DNA of 64,000 nt from Eledone cirrhosa (lineage: Eukaryota): contig OZ024741.1 of the NCBI GenBank assembly GCA_964016885.1, forward strand, positions 50,096,001 to 50,160,000, in the 5' to 3' direction. The notes under the pieces are model-generated. The model was not told the origin of the DNA. It saw nothing but the letters and a program-made list of their open reading frames with translations, and ran no database searches. Made by a program: the position numbers and the translations under genes. Of the stretch, positions 22,853 to 34,430 are shown piece by piece (position 1 is the first letter of the stretch; every line of letters begins with the position of its first letter).

Positions 22853-24284
22853 CATTTCATTTTACTTATACGTTTCCACATCTCATCAGTTTTTCTTCAC
22901 CACTCCATTCATATATTGTGTACAATGTATATTTGGCCAACCAATAAGATCCTTTTGCTACAGGATTATTATCCAATCAAACTTTGTTTAAATATTCAAA
23001 TATTTTCATTCCATCTCTTTTAATCATGATCTGAACCCCCAATAATATATATAAAGTGTATGTGAATATTTGTATACACAGTATGTGCTTCCACGCACAT
23101 ATTGATGAATTGACTCCATTAATCTGGGGAAAACATTCTCAGCTGTTTCTTTGTCAAGTTTACTGCCTGGTTTAAAAGCTTGCTGTGTAGCTTCTATGTA
23201 AACTGGTTAGTAGGGAGTCTGTGGACAACTTAGCCTCTCCTTTCAGTTTTTCTCTGTGCTTCTAATCTACACACACATAGCTCAGTTGAATGTTCAGTGA
23301 AATTCAGTATGATGAAAGCCTATTACAAAAACAAGTATTCATCACCTGATCTTCGAATTATTACTTCCATACTACATGGAGTTCTACCAGTGTGTGGTTG
23401 CTTCAGTATAACTTAATCTGTTTCGTACTATAGGAAATACTGTTTCAAGAGCTAATAAAGGGATTTTAAGTCTTGTCATCAACGTTATAGAAGCAAACTT
23501 ACAATGTTTTAGTTTTCATTTTGTCATTGAGTGTTGGTTTTTTTTTTTGTTTAAAAAAAAAAAAAAAAAATTTTATTCTCTGCTTAATTTTCTTTTTTTT
23601 ACTGGACATTTCTAAATAAAAATGAGGAAATTAACATTTCCCTCATCTTTCTTCACATTTCTGTTGTCTGTCTTTATTGACTTGTCTTCTGAAATTACAT
23701 TTTTAAAAAACTCTAAATGGTAGAGTGAAGTTAGTAGACTGTTACAGATGATAGAGTGAAGGTAGTTAGAGACAGCTGTAAGGTTTATTGTTCAACTGAT
23801 GTTGACTGACCTCAGATATTAAATGGTTCCAAAGGTAAAACTGTTAAAAATATTTACTGGAGATTGGCGTCTTTGAAGAATTCAGTGATTTTCTTTTTCA
23901 TTGTGCCACATGCAGGTAATAACATGTTGGAACCATAGAAATAACCACTAAACCATACATCAGTATCATTAAAGAAGATGATTAGTACGTTGGATTATGT
24001 AGAATAAAGAAAGAAAAATGGATGGTCAGGGCTGGCCTGGTGCTAAATGATAACACCTATTCGTTCTGTTTAGTCACTTACATTCTCTAACTATACTTAA
24101 TTAATGTGTGGACGAACAGCCAAGGAAGTAGTAATATAACTTCATTGTTGAATTCATGGTTTATAAAGTCTTACTTGAAGAACCTCAGTAAATACTAACA
24201 AAGGTCAGTAAATGATTGGCCTGTTACTAAGATTCAATTTTTGTGAAGAGACTCACAAATTATATGTATAAACGTAAAGTAGGA

Positions 24285-24490
24285 AACTGCTATATTTAGG
24301 GGAGATAACTAAAGTACATGGATCGGGCAGTCTGTATGTTTAGGGGAGATAATACAGCCAGATAACTAATGTACTTGGAACAGACACTTGCTGTTTAGGG
24401 GAGGTAACTTATACACTTGGATCAGACAACTGCTGTATAAGTCTTGGGGGAGATAACTACAGTACTTAGATCAGACGGCTGAGGTAAACA
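24285..24490. repeat. Degenerate ~45-55-bp minisatellite (TTTAGGGGAGATAACT..GTACTTGGATCAGAC), ~4 copies
   Basis: GGGGAG(A/G)TAA recurs at ~24299, 24344, 24398 and 24447. Confidence 0.65.
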
Positions 24491-24749
24491 AATGTATCCC
24501 TTTTGATAACTTATCCGAGGTCACCTCGCATCCCACATTACGAAACATGTTGCTTTAAACGATAGACTCTATATATTTATTTAGATGTATTAATGTATGT
24601 AAGAACAAACACTAGTAGCATAAACCAGCCAATGAAAGGTTACCATGCCAGCTTTCTGACATGCATAACTCAAGGCTTATGTCATATCTCAGTGAACATA
24701 ATTGAGCAATCATTACTCTGGAGATGTTCTAAAAGATCCATTTCAACTA

Positions 24750-25155
24750 GTGAGATTATTTGCTGTGGTTGCCCAACACTGTCTCAATACCAGCTAGTAG
24801 GGATCTGGTTTGGGAATTGGTTACCTCACCAGGATGCCTCTTTCAATGAGATCACTAAGTGTAGTTTGAATAGTGCTGGCTTCCCATCACAGCTCGAACC
24901 AGTAAGATTAGACTGAGGGCCAGATGGCATCATTATGTTCCTGATTACCAGTGGTAAGCCCTTTATCTGGGATACAACAAGCAGCAACACATAGGTTTAT
25001 TTTTGAACCTATAGTGGGGGAAACTTCAGGCATCCTGGATCCCTGAACTGCCTCTCTATTCACTGCTATACAGAGTTGGCTACTCACAGCAATAAACCTC
25101 ATAAGTTGGAATGGCTCTTACAATACCCCATGGAAGTACTTTATCAGTTCTGTCA
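24750..25155 (+). mobile_element. Degenerate fragment of a non-LTR retrotransposon with a restriction-like endonuclease (CRE-like) C-terminus
   Basis: Translation ASFNEITKCSLNSAGFPSQLEPVRLD*GPDGIIMFLITSGKPFIWDTT..FIFEPIVGETSGILDP parallels the RH..N.I...L..AG.P..LEP..L....RPDG......GK.L.WD.T...F.P...ET.G pattern of RLE domains. Confidence 0.7.
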
Positions 25156-25639
25156 TGTGGGGAGCCCATTTGATGACATATGTCTGGAGTTATGTATATC
25201 AGTGTAGATTAGACTAGCTGAAATATTTTGAGGACTAAAATGTAACTTAGTGTAGAAACAACTATCTAGTTAATATTTTTAATACCAAACTTACCTGAGA
25301 ATACCTGTTTTGAAGTATTCAAGTAGGTGAAATTTATTTTATGGTTCTGGTAATTACTTTAAGATTATTCTTTACTGAGGAGGTTTAATAAGGCCAAACG
25401 TCACCATATTTACCAAAAATCGGGCTCAGTTTTTAACCAATTTGATTTTAGAGCTGTTTTCTTTGTCTTTCTTGACAAGAATTATCTTATTACCAGTGTA
25501 ATTTTAATTGATTAGAAATTTTATTTGGACTCACTAGATTCAATATATTAATTTCTCCATCATGTAATTATATATAGTTGATTGTTAACATTATACCAGT
25601 TGCTGACCAGCCTAGTGGGGTGTTACCTGGTTTCTGTTT

Positions 25640-26080
25640 ACTATTCTGACTCTCAGAACAATGATCTTTCTCCATCTGAGCCTCACATCACAGTTCTCTA
25701 TCCAACTGAACAGACGAATGTTCTCTCCACCTTAGCCATACACACTACAGTTCTTCATCTATCTGAGCCATGCATTCTCAGATCAATGTTCTTTCTATAA
25801 TCAAGCCATACATTTTCAGACTAGTGAGCTCTCTTCAACTGAGCCATACACACCAGAGTTCTCTATCTAAGCCATACATACATTTTCAGACCAGTGATCT
25901 ATCTTCAACCAAGTCATTCACACCAATGTTTTCTATCTAACTGGTCATACAAACCAATGATCTCTCTACAACTGAACCAACCAATTTTATCTATCCAACT
26001 TATGCAAACCAATTGAGCCATACACACAACTGTTTTCTCTCCAACAGACACACAGATCAATGTTACTTATACAACCATAC
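25640..26080. repeat. Degenerate ~30-bp minisatellite (TTCTCTATCTAACTGAGCCATACACACCAG-like)
   Basis: Recurring (CT)GAGCCATAC / ATCTAAC / CAATGATCT motifs at ~30-40-nt spacing. Confidence 0.65.
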
Positions 26081-26539
26081 TACATTAATAATACTCATAT
26101 AAACTTTGTTTTAAAAATACAATGAATATTGCTACATGTGTGAAATTAGCTTCTTTTTTCTGTGAATTATTTTTGAAGTAGAGTTAGTTGAACAGCCTAC
26201 GCATATTTCTACTTACCATTGCTACACAGAAGAGATATTTCACAAAGGAACTCTCTTACAATATCACAGTTGTTATGACCTGCACTATCATTTCCTCAGA
26301 TATTTCTCATCAATGTCGACACTAACCTCCTTACTGTTAGAATGTATATTTACATTTATATACAGTTAATTTGATTAGTCTGATATCCAACAATCAAGGA
26401 GATGGATCTTATTCCTGGATATATAACAGCTGGAATAGCTATCTTATTCTCAGATGTGTACATGCCTTAGACTGGATTTGAACTAAGAACATTTACTTGT
26501 AAACTAAGGTTAATAAAATAATGATCCACTGGTGTACAC

Positions 26540-26790
26540 ACATCCATCATCGATTTATTTATGTTTGCATGTTTTGACCATGGTTGCATGGGTTCAACAA
26601 TTTGAGATCACCTCTCACTATTCACATGGGTTCAGTAATTTGGGATCACCTCAGCTTGTTTTCCTTGGTATCCCTCTTCTGTAACTTCCTTCCACTAGAA
26701 GTGATTGACATTCCATCAATATTTATCATGTATCAATACCAGAGTACTCTTCTAATTCCTCTTTGCTGACAAATGTCTATTGGACTAACC
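26540..26790 (-). mobile_element. RTE-clade LINE 3' end fragment
   Basis: Minus strand reads ..RRVLWY*Y.. and VEGSYRRGIPRKT (RTE VEG.R.RGRP.K.W), then an AACCCATGCAA..GATGATG tail like the (GAT)n SINE tails. Confidence 0.6.
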
Positions 26791-27014
26791 AAATAGGATA
26801 GAAAACTGTCCTTTGTTTGTCCACAGTCCCATTAGTGTAAGGATAGAATATAATCAGGTGTGGGTGAGGATGTGAAAGGGAAAATGAAGGAGAGAAAATG
26901 AGATGCATACACAATTGTAAATAAATCAAAATCTAACTTGAGAATCAACCTCAGGTCCAGAAAGGTCTGACTTTTGACACACAGGGGAAACAATATGTTT
27001 TTAGTGTTTAAAAC

Positions 27015-27020
27015 TTTATT
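27015..27020 (-). promoter_or_regulatory. Candidate polyadenylation signal AATAAA for the LRRFIP2-like transcript (3' UTR ~3.3 kb)
   Basis: TTTATT on + at 27015-27020, with a GU-rich TTGTTTCCCCTGTGTGTC ~25-45 nt downstream on the minus strand. Other AATAAA hexamers exist (~29898, ~27370), so the site is not unique. Confidence 0.3.
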
Positions 27021-27575
27021 TTTCACCCAAATAGTTGCTCCCTAGAAATATTATATCTCGACATCAGTAAATATCACCCAATTTTTAAAACAAAGAAAAA
27101 AAAAATGGAAACAAACAAAAATAAAACAAAAACAACAGGACAATTAATACACACAATAATAATAATGATAATAATAATAATATAGAATAGAATAAAATTA
27201 TAATGATAATAATATACTTTACATTTGAGGTGGGAACAGCCACTTGTAGAATTTTAACCTCTTAAAAAAAGCTTTCAAAAAAAGGTGGGAGAGGTGAATA
27301 AACAAGAATTTGAACCTAGATTCAGAACTTTCAGAAATTTTTCTTTTTTCACCAATTTAAACAGTTTTTTTTATTGTTTTATTTCTGTTTGTTTGTTTGT
27401 TTGTTTGTTTGTTTCAGTTTTGCATTTTTTACATTCGGACTGGACAGAGATGTGTGGTTTGCAAAATGAGCTACGGTACTTGTCCCAAAACATCTGTGTG
27501 TACACATGTCTATACATATATAATATATAATATGCCTGTCTGTATATCAGTGTATATATATAGGAGTGTGAGACT

Positions 27576-27673
27576 ATATATATATATATATATATGAATA
27601 AATATATATATAAATAAATATATATATATAAATAAATATATAAATATATATATATATATATATAAATATAAAT

Positions 27674-27748
<75 letters not shown>

Positions 27749-27788
27749 TATATATATAAATAAATATATATATATATATATATAAATA

Positions 27789-27819
<31 letters not shown>

Positions 27820-27822
27820 TAA

Positions 27823-27882
<60 letters not shown>

Positions 27883-27885
27883 TAA

Positions 27886-27918
<33 letters not shown>

Positions 27919-28368
27919 TATATATATAAATAAATATATATACATAAATAAATATATATATACATAAATAAATATATATATACATAAATAAATATATATA
28001 TATATATAAATAAATATATATATACATAAATAAATATATATATAAATAAATATATATATAAATAAATATATATATATATAAATAAATATATATATATATA
28101 AATAAATATATATATAAATAAATATATATATATATATATATATGAATAAATATATATATATATATATATGAATAAATATATATATATATATATATATGAA
28201 TATATATATATATGAATAAATATATATATATATATATATATATGAATATATATATATATATGAATATATATATATATATATGAATATATATATATGAATA
28301 TATATATATATATGAATATATATATATATATATGAATATATATATATATATGAATATATATATATATA

Positions 28369-28410
<42 letters not shown>

Positions 28411-28432
28411 TATATATATATATATGTAAATA
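27576..28432. repeat. ~850-bp (TA)n microsatellite interrupted by TAAA, TACA and TGAA
   Basis: Directly visible. It accounts for the YIYI ORFs. Confidence 0.97.
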
Positions 28433-28823
28433 TGTATGTATTGGGTGGGATTATCAAAATGTGTGCCCAAAACAGCAGTACAACAGGCAATGTCACCTGT
28501 CAGACCTTCTCAATCAGCTGGAGCAAAGGAGTGTAGAAATAAATACATAAATATAGATATAACCTTTTGACCTATAGGGAATTAGATTGAGAATGTGGCA
28601 GTATGACGATGTTGACTATTGTTGGTTTTGTTTAGTTCGAAGAAATGTATGAAAAACAAAGTATTGCAATTAAAATAAGAAGAAGGATTATAATACCAAT
28701 AGTAATAATAATTCAGTAATATACATACAACTGTTTAGTGTACAGATCAGGGTATAGATTTGGATGTAAGCATGTATGTATGTATAGCCATGTACAAGCT
28801 CACAATTTCACATACATATGCAT

Positions 28824-28831
28824 ATTATATA

Positions 28832-28873
<42 letters not shown>

Positions 28874-28950
28874 TATATAATATATATATATATAATATAT
28901 ATATTTATATATATCATCATCATCATCATATATATATATATATCTATATT
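28824..28950. repeat. (TA)n / (CAT)n microsatellite
   Basis: Directly visible. Confidence 0.9.
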
Positions 28951-30092
28951 AATTATGACAAGCACAAATTAGTTAAGGTCAGGTCAAATTCCTTTTACAC
29001 TGGAATTTTACCTGTGTATTCACAGGCTCTGGTATTGATTACTTATTCTCGCAACTGTCAATAGTAAATGTGTGCATGTGTGTATATATATATATGTGTG
29101 TAGTCACAAACACACTCCTGCAGTTACATATGTATATATGTAAATACATACATACTTTTATATATAGCTATTGCATATGATTGCAGATATAAACACATTC
29201 ATACACAAACATATATAAATATATGTATGGGTGCACACATAGATATAAAAAGATGATTGTAGAAATCTGACCACACCAGTTGTCCTGCAGATAACCAAAG
29301 TGATTCAAGCAGTACCTGAAAACAGTAAAGTTGAGCAAGGAAGTAGGGGACTGGGGGCTTGGGCTGGGGAAGGATTAAAGATATCAATCTGGGGACAATG
29401 TTTGTTTGTTTGTTTTTTTTTCATTCTATGGTGCGAGAAAAAAAAAACAACAAAAATATAAACAAAGAAATATACAGAAAAGTCCTTTTTTGTATTTCTT
29501 TCAGATATATTGTTGTTGTAGCTGCACACTGTCTGGAGTTGGTTCTGTTAAGATGTTGGGGGAAGCTGAGGGTCAATACAGCATAGAGGGAGAAACAGCA
29601 AGGTTGATGTTTGTCACAGCCTACCGACATTACCAACACCATGCCTAGATATCAACACCAACATCGCCACCACTAACACCACTACACCTGTCTGGACGAT
29701 GACAATAACATCACCGAAATAACAACAATGATATTGTCGATGATGACTGGACCTTGCATGGAGATGAAGAATAAAAAATTTTTTTTAAATGGAAGAAAAC
29801 CCCCAAACAGAAATGGTAATCGGTAGGCAATAGGCAAGGGACAATGAACTGAGGCTGGTAATAAGGATCGCTATGCTGTTAACATTTTTCTGGATTCTTT
29901 ATTAGGTTCTTTTGTGGGGTGGAGTGGGAGTGGGGGGGGGGGTAATTGAAAGAAAAAGATTTCTTAGGGGGTTGGTTGGGTCTCCTTTCTTTGTTGTTTA
30001 AGGTTTTGTTTTTAGAAAATTTTTTTTTTAAATATTTGTAAATACATTTAAGAAAGGAATGTCTTCCTGGTACTGGTTTGACTCCTTTATAT

Positions 30093-30100
30093 TGTGTGTA

Positions 30101-30148
<48 letters not shown>

Positions 30149-30156
30149 TATATATA

Positions 30157-30199
<43 letters not shown>

Positions 30200-30258
30200 T
30201 ATGTGTGTATAAGATATATATATATATATATATACACAAACACACACATATACACACA
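30093..30258. repeat. (TG)n(TA)n(CA)n compound microsatellite just 3' of the LRRFIP2-like stop codon
   Basis: Directly visible. Confidence 0.9.
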
Positions 30259-30297
30259 AAGTAGTAGTAGAAGAAGAATTGGTGAAGGAGGTGTTTA

Positions 30298-30399
30298 TTA
30301 CTTGACCAGATTCCGTGATTGTTTCATCTTTTCTAACCTCTTCTGCAGGTGGCTGTTGTGGTTACGTAGTTCTTCAATCTGACTTTGGGCTTCTCGTAA
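30298..30399 (-). CDS. LRRFIP2: LRRFIP2-like, last coding exon (LREAQSQIEELRNHNSHLQKRLEKMKQSRNLVK*)
   Basis: Acceptor TGTACTTTCAG ends at 30400, phase 0, tandem TAA TAA stops. NSHLQKRLEKMK matches the conserved LRRFIP C-terminal NSHLAKRLEKMK. Confidence 0.93.
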   Translation of the reverse strand, partial: LREAQSQIEELRNHNSHLQKRLEKMKQSRNLVK

Positions 30400-30549
30400 C
30401 TGAAAGTACACAAACACATATTGATAGAGATATTTTCATTCACATATTAGTCAGCTATCCTCAAACCAGAAATCTGGTCTGACTGTGGATTCTGCTATGG
30501 GCACCCAAGGAATATGTAGTGGTATTAAAACTTACATACATCTACAATA

Positions 30550-30758
30550 ATGGTTTATGATTTCGGCACAAGGCCAACAATATGGGAGGAGGGGAAAGTG
30601 ATTAAATTGACCCCAGTACATTACTGGTTCTTTATCGACCGTCAAGATGAAAAGCAAAGCTAGCTTCTGCGGGATTTGAATTCAGAATGTAAAAGACCAT
30701 AATTCTATGTCGCAAAGCATGTTGTGTGACGCTCTACCGATACTGCCAATCCACTGCA
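30550..30758 (-). mobile_element. tRNA-derived SINE (family with GCCTTTCATCC..GGTCGATAAA..AGTACCAGT central domain)
   Basis: Reverse complement of the 30907 family: GGCACAAGGCCA..GACCCCAGTAC..TACTGG..TTTATCGACC..GATGAAAAGCAAAG..GGATTTGAATTC..CGCTCTACCGATACTGCCAATCCACTGC. Confidence 0.8.
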
Positions 30759-30906
30759 CTGTGTATATAACTACAATAACAAATGCTTATTATTATCTGT
30801 GTATGCTCAGAAAGTAACTGAGGCCAACATATTGATCAAGAAAATTTGTAAGCACGAAACCATTGAATGTTCAATTTGCGCATTAAATTTTGCTTATCAT
30901 TTTATA

Positions 30907-31275
30907 GGGCGGTGGATTGGGAGTATTGGTAGAGCGCTGGACACCGTTTTGTGGCAGAAAGTTTCGGCCCTTTACCTTATGGGTTCAAATCTTGCCGAGG
31001 TTAATTTTGCCTTTCATTCTAACAGGGTCAATAAAATAAAGTACCAGTAAGTACTGGGGTCGATTTAATCGACTTTCCCCTCCCCTACAGATTGCTGGCC
31101 TTGTGCCTAAAGTAGGAATTGGATAGTGCTTTTCAGCATAGTTATGACCCTTTACAGTCTGAGTTCAAATCCTGCTAAGGTCCACTTTGCCTTTTATCCT
31201 TGCGGGATCAATAAAATAAAGTACCAGTAATGCACTGGGGTAATTGCTGGCCTTGTGCCAAAAGTAGAAACAATT
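30907..31275 (+). mobile_element. Two tandem tRNA-derived SINE copies (30907-31120 near full length; 31120-31275 5'-truncated), possibly Nin/Deu-domain type
   Basis: Head GGCGGTGGATTGG..GGTAGAGCG, B-box GGGTTCAAATC, body TTTGCCTTTCATTC..GGGTCAATAAAATAAAGTACCAGTAA..TACTGGGG, and tail TTGCTGGCCTTGTGCC.AAAGTAG. Body and tail occur twice. Confidence 0.85.
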
Positions 31276-31281
31276 ATATAT

Positions 31282-31350
31282 AAAAGCACCCAGTCCACCC
31301 TGTAAGGTGGTTGGCATTAGGAAGGACATCCAGCCACAGAAAACGAAGCC
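31282..31350 (+). mobile_element. SINE fragment of the 20288/32939 family
   Basis: AAAAGCACCCAGTCCACCCTGTAAGGTGGTTGGCATTAGGAAGGACATCCAGCC. Confidence 0.7.
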
Positions 31351-31559
31351 AAAAATGGAGTGTATCAGCAGGACAGAGTTCATGTGGCCTCATAACAGCC
31401 TCTTTTATCTGTAGTGTGACAGAGGTAGCCACATATAGATGTCTCAGGGATTGTGTGAGAGGCAGCCATATGTGGAGTGGGAGTTGTTGATACACAGGTC
31501 CACTCTGATTGAGCAGTCGTATGGGTAAAGGTATTCCAGCAGGTTAATAGAGGACCATA

Positions 31560-31965
31560 TTTTCACGCTCAGAGTTGCTGAAGCATGGAACAAACTGCCT
31601 GCGTCAGTTGTTAGCTGCCGAGACACTGCATCCTTTAAGACACTCATGCTTCCCGAAATACGCCAAAACTACACCTGATGTACCCCTTCCATACACATGC
31701 ACACGTGTATCATGACTCATGCACTGTTCATTTTACTGATGTTTGTGCATTGCCCTATGTACTGTACATGCACTTTTTTGATGAGTTGTGGTGCACCTGG
31801 GCACTGCACAATATTTCATTATTGTTATTATTATATCATGACTCATACACTGTTCATTTTCCTGACATTTGTACATTATTCTATGTACTATACATGCACC
31901 TTTGATGAGTTGTAGTGCACCTGAGCACTGTACACAATAATTTCATTATTATTATTATTATTATA
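31560..31965 (+). mobile_element. CR1/L2-group LINE 3' end: ORF2 C-terminus plus duplicated 3' UTR and (ATT)n tail
   Basis: FTLRVAEAWNKLPASVVSCRDTASFKTLMLPEIRQNYT* fits the F..RV...WN.LP........FK motif. UTR segment 31708-31833 is repeated at 31834-31965, each copy ending in ATTATT. Confidence 0.8.
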
Positions 31966-32074
31966 CCTTGTTCTTTTCTAAAACAGTAGGATTTGATCTG
32001 AGGGAGCTGTAGTTGATATTTTTAGCAGGTCAAGCAACCATGTAGAAGCTCCCTCACTGGTTGTGGCAGCTAGA

Positions 32075-32310
32075 GGGAGGGTGAAGTGTGGGCAATGTCA
32101 GGAGTAGCAAAGGAGTTTAATGTGAGAAGTAGTGTGAGGTGAGTGGAGTGTAGTGCGAGTATGGTAGGAGTGTAAAGTCAAGTGTAGTGTGAGTGTAATC
32201 ACAATTACACGTGTAGTGAGAGTGTAGTCACAGGTGTAGTGAGAGTATAATCAAAATTACACGTGTAGTGAGAGTGTAGTCACAGGTGTAGTGAGAGTGT
32301 AGTCACAATC
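32075..32310. repeat. GTGTAGT-rich degenerate minisatellite (GTGTAGTGAGAGTGTAGTCACAG) abutting a splice donor
   Basis: Repeated GTGTAGT cores, with a ~51-bp block duplicated at ~32191 and ~32242. Confidence 0.8.
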
Positions 32311-32324
32311 ACTGGTATATTTAC

Positions 32325-32429
32325 CTCGCGAACTAATTTCCTCTTTTCCTGCTTCAGTTCATCTTCCAACTTTTCAGAATCCTCTGCATCACTTTTATAC
32401 CGTCTCACCTGAGAGTCAAGTCTGTTTAC
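32325..32429 (-). CDS. LRRFIP2: LRRFIP2-like coding exon (VNRLDSQVRRYKSDAEDSEKLEDELKQEKRKLVRE), 105 nt, phase 0/0
   Basis: Acceptor TTTGTCATTCAG ends at 32430 and donor GTAAAT starts at 32324. The peptide matches LRRFIP RLEGQV.RYK..AE..EK.EDELKAEKRKLQRE. Confidence 0.94.
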
Positions 32430-32938
32430 CTGAATGACAAATTCTTACAGTATTAGTCTGTATATATATTAGACATAACTAATCCATTTAGAAATTCAAC
32501 AACCTAACAAATCTCATTATCATACACAAGACATAACTAAACCTACTGTTCAGATACTAGACATAACTAAACCCAGTGTCCAATCTTTGCTACAAGTGTG
32601 TATGAAACCACATTTGCATTTCTAAGTCTGCCAGACTCTCCAAGAAATGCTTAGAATTTCTACCTTAAAGTAGGCTTCTTACAAGAATAATAGAATATAG
32701 TAAGAATTAGAGGGGTTCGTTAATACTACTATTAGAGCATATAGTTTCTAATACCCCAAACCCAATTCAGAACATTATACACCCGATGCCCTTAACTGAG
32801 TTAGTAAACATTCCACAGTCCTTTACTATACTGAAAAGTTAAACTCAAGGATTATTCAGAACCTCTCAAGTGATATGTCACTGAGTCAAACATTCTTTGC
32901 AATGTTCAAGTTGTAGATGCCCTCAATATAATAAAACA

Positions 32939-33249
32939 CATTGGCCTTGCAATCGAAAGGTTGTGAGTTCAATTCTCAGACCGGGTGATGTGTTGTTTCC
33001 TTGAGCAAGACACTTTATTTCACATTGCTCCAGTATACTCAGCTGTAGAAATGAGATGATAGGGACTGGGGTCTATATCATTCCACTGCAAAGTGGTCGT
33101 GTAGGTGCCACGGCAAAAAAGCACCCAGCACTCACTGTAAATGAGGTTGGTGTTAGGAAGGGCATCTAGCTGTAGAAATCAAGCCAGAATCAGTTCCCGT
33201 CCCACCCTTGCAAGCAGGGAAAAAGCGGACGTAAAATGAAATGAATGAT
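32939..33249 (+). mobile_element. Young tRNA-derived SINE (CORE-like TCCTTGAGCAAGACACTT domain), 5'-truncated by ~30 nt
   Basis: B-box GAGTTCAATTC. About 13 differences over ~300 bp from the reverse complement of 62191-62528. Confidence 0.9.
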
Positions 33250-33289
33250 TGAGTAATCAGATTTTGTAAGTTTCCAATTGTAAATAATT

Positions 33290-34025
33290 CTACACAGTAC
33301 CACACAAACTGTAGGTCCCTAACTGTAATAAGAACCTAACACAGTACCACACTGGCTGTAGGTCCCTAACTGTAATAAGTACACTACACAGTACCACACT
33401 GGCTGTAGGTCCCTAACTGTAATAAGTACTCTACACAGTACCACACAAACTATAGGTCCCTAACTGTAATAAGTACTCTACACAGTACCACACAAACTAT
33501 AGGTCCCTAACTGTAATAAGTACTCTACACAGTACCACAAGCTATAGGTCCCTAACTGTGATAAGTACCCTACACAGTACCACACAAACTGTAGTTCCCT
33601 AACTGTGATAAGTACCCAACACAGTACCACACAAGCTATAGGTCCCTAACTGTGATAAGTACCCAACACAAACTGTAGATCCCTAACTGTGATAAGTACC
33701 CAACACAGTACCACACAAACTGTAGGTCCCTAACTGTGATAAGTAACCTACACAGTACCACACAAACTGTAGGTCCCTAACTCTGATACCCTACACAGTA
33801 CCACCCAAACTGTAGGTCCCTAACTGTGATAAGTACCCAACACAGTACCACACAAGCTATAGGTCTAACTGTGACAGGTTCCCTGCACAACACCACAGGT
33901 TATAGGTGTAACTACAACAGAAACTGTAGGTCCCTAACTCTGATAAGTACTCAACATAGTACCACATATGCTGTAGGTCCCTAACTCTGATAAATACTCT
34001 ACACAGTACCACATATGCTGTAGAT
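33290..34025. repeat. ~47-bp minisatellite (CTACACAGTACCACACAAACTGTAGGTCCCTAACTGTGATAAGTAC), ~16 copies
   Basis: Units start at e.g. 33431 and 33478. The array becomes more degenerate toward 34025. Confidence 0.95.
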
Positions 34026-34067
34026 ATAGCCTGTCTCAAATACCTTACAAAAGCCAACAAAACTTAC

Positions 34068-34147
34068 TGATCCCTCCAGTGTAGCAATGTCCTGTTCGGC
34101 TTTTTGTAGTTTTAGTTTATATTCATGGATCTGTTTGCTGGCTTCTC
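34068..34147 (-). CDS. LRRFIP2: LRRFIP2-like coding exon ((R)EASKQIHEYKLKLQKAEQDIATLEGS), 80 nt, phase 1/0
   Basis: Acceptor CTCTATTTCCTGCAG ends at 34148 and donor GTAAGT starts at 34067. The peptide matches LRRFIP2 [25 protein letters not shown]. Confidence 0.95.
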
Positions 34148-34430
34148 CTGCAGGAAATAGAGACAGATGTAATGTAGTGGTGAGCATCAATGTTTTTATT
34201 GCATATAATCTATAACATAAATGGTACACACACACATAAAACTTGGACAATGAATGTAAAAGCTGAATGTAGAGTACTACTGGATGTATTGGATGTAAAA
34301 AGTGTGATAGTGTATAATAGTGAAACATGGACAGCAAATGTAGCGGACTACATGTAGCATGTGTAAATAAGATGATGTATGATAATGAAAAAGGAGAGTG
34401 TATATAAGTGGTGTGTGTATGATATGTGAC

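Noticed and set aside
27371-28496. YIYI-rich ORFs
   Set aside because: Translations of a (TA)n microsatellite.
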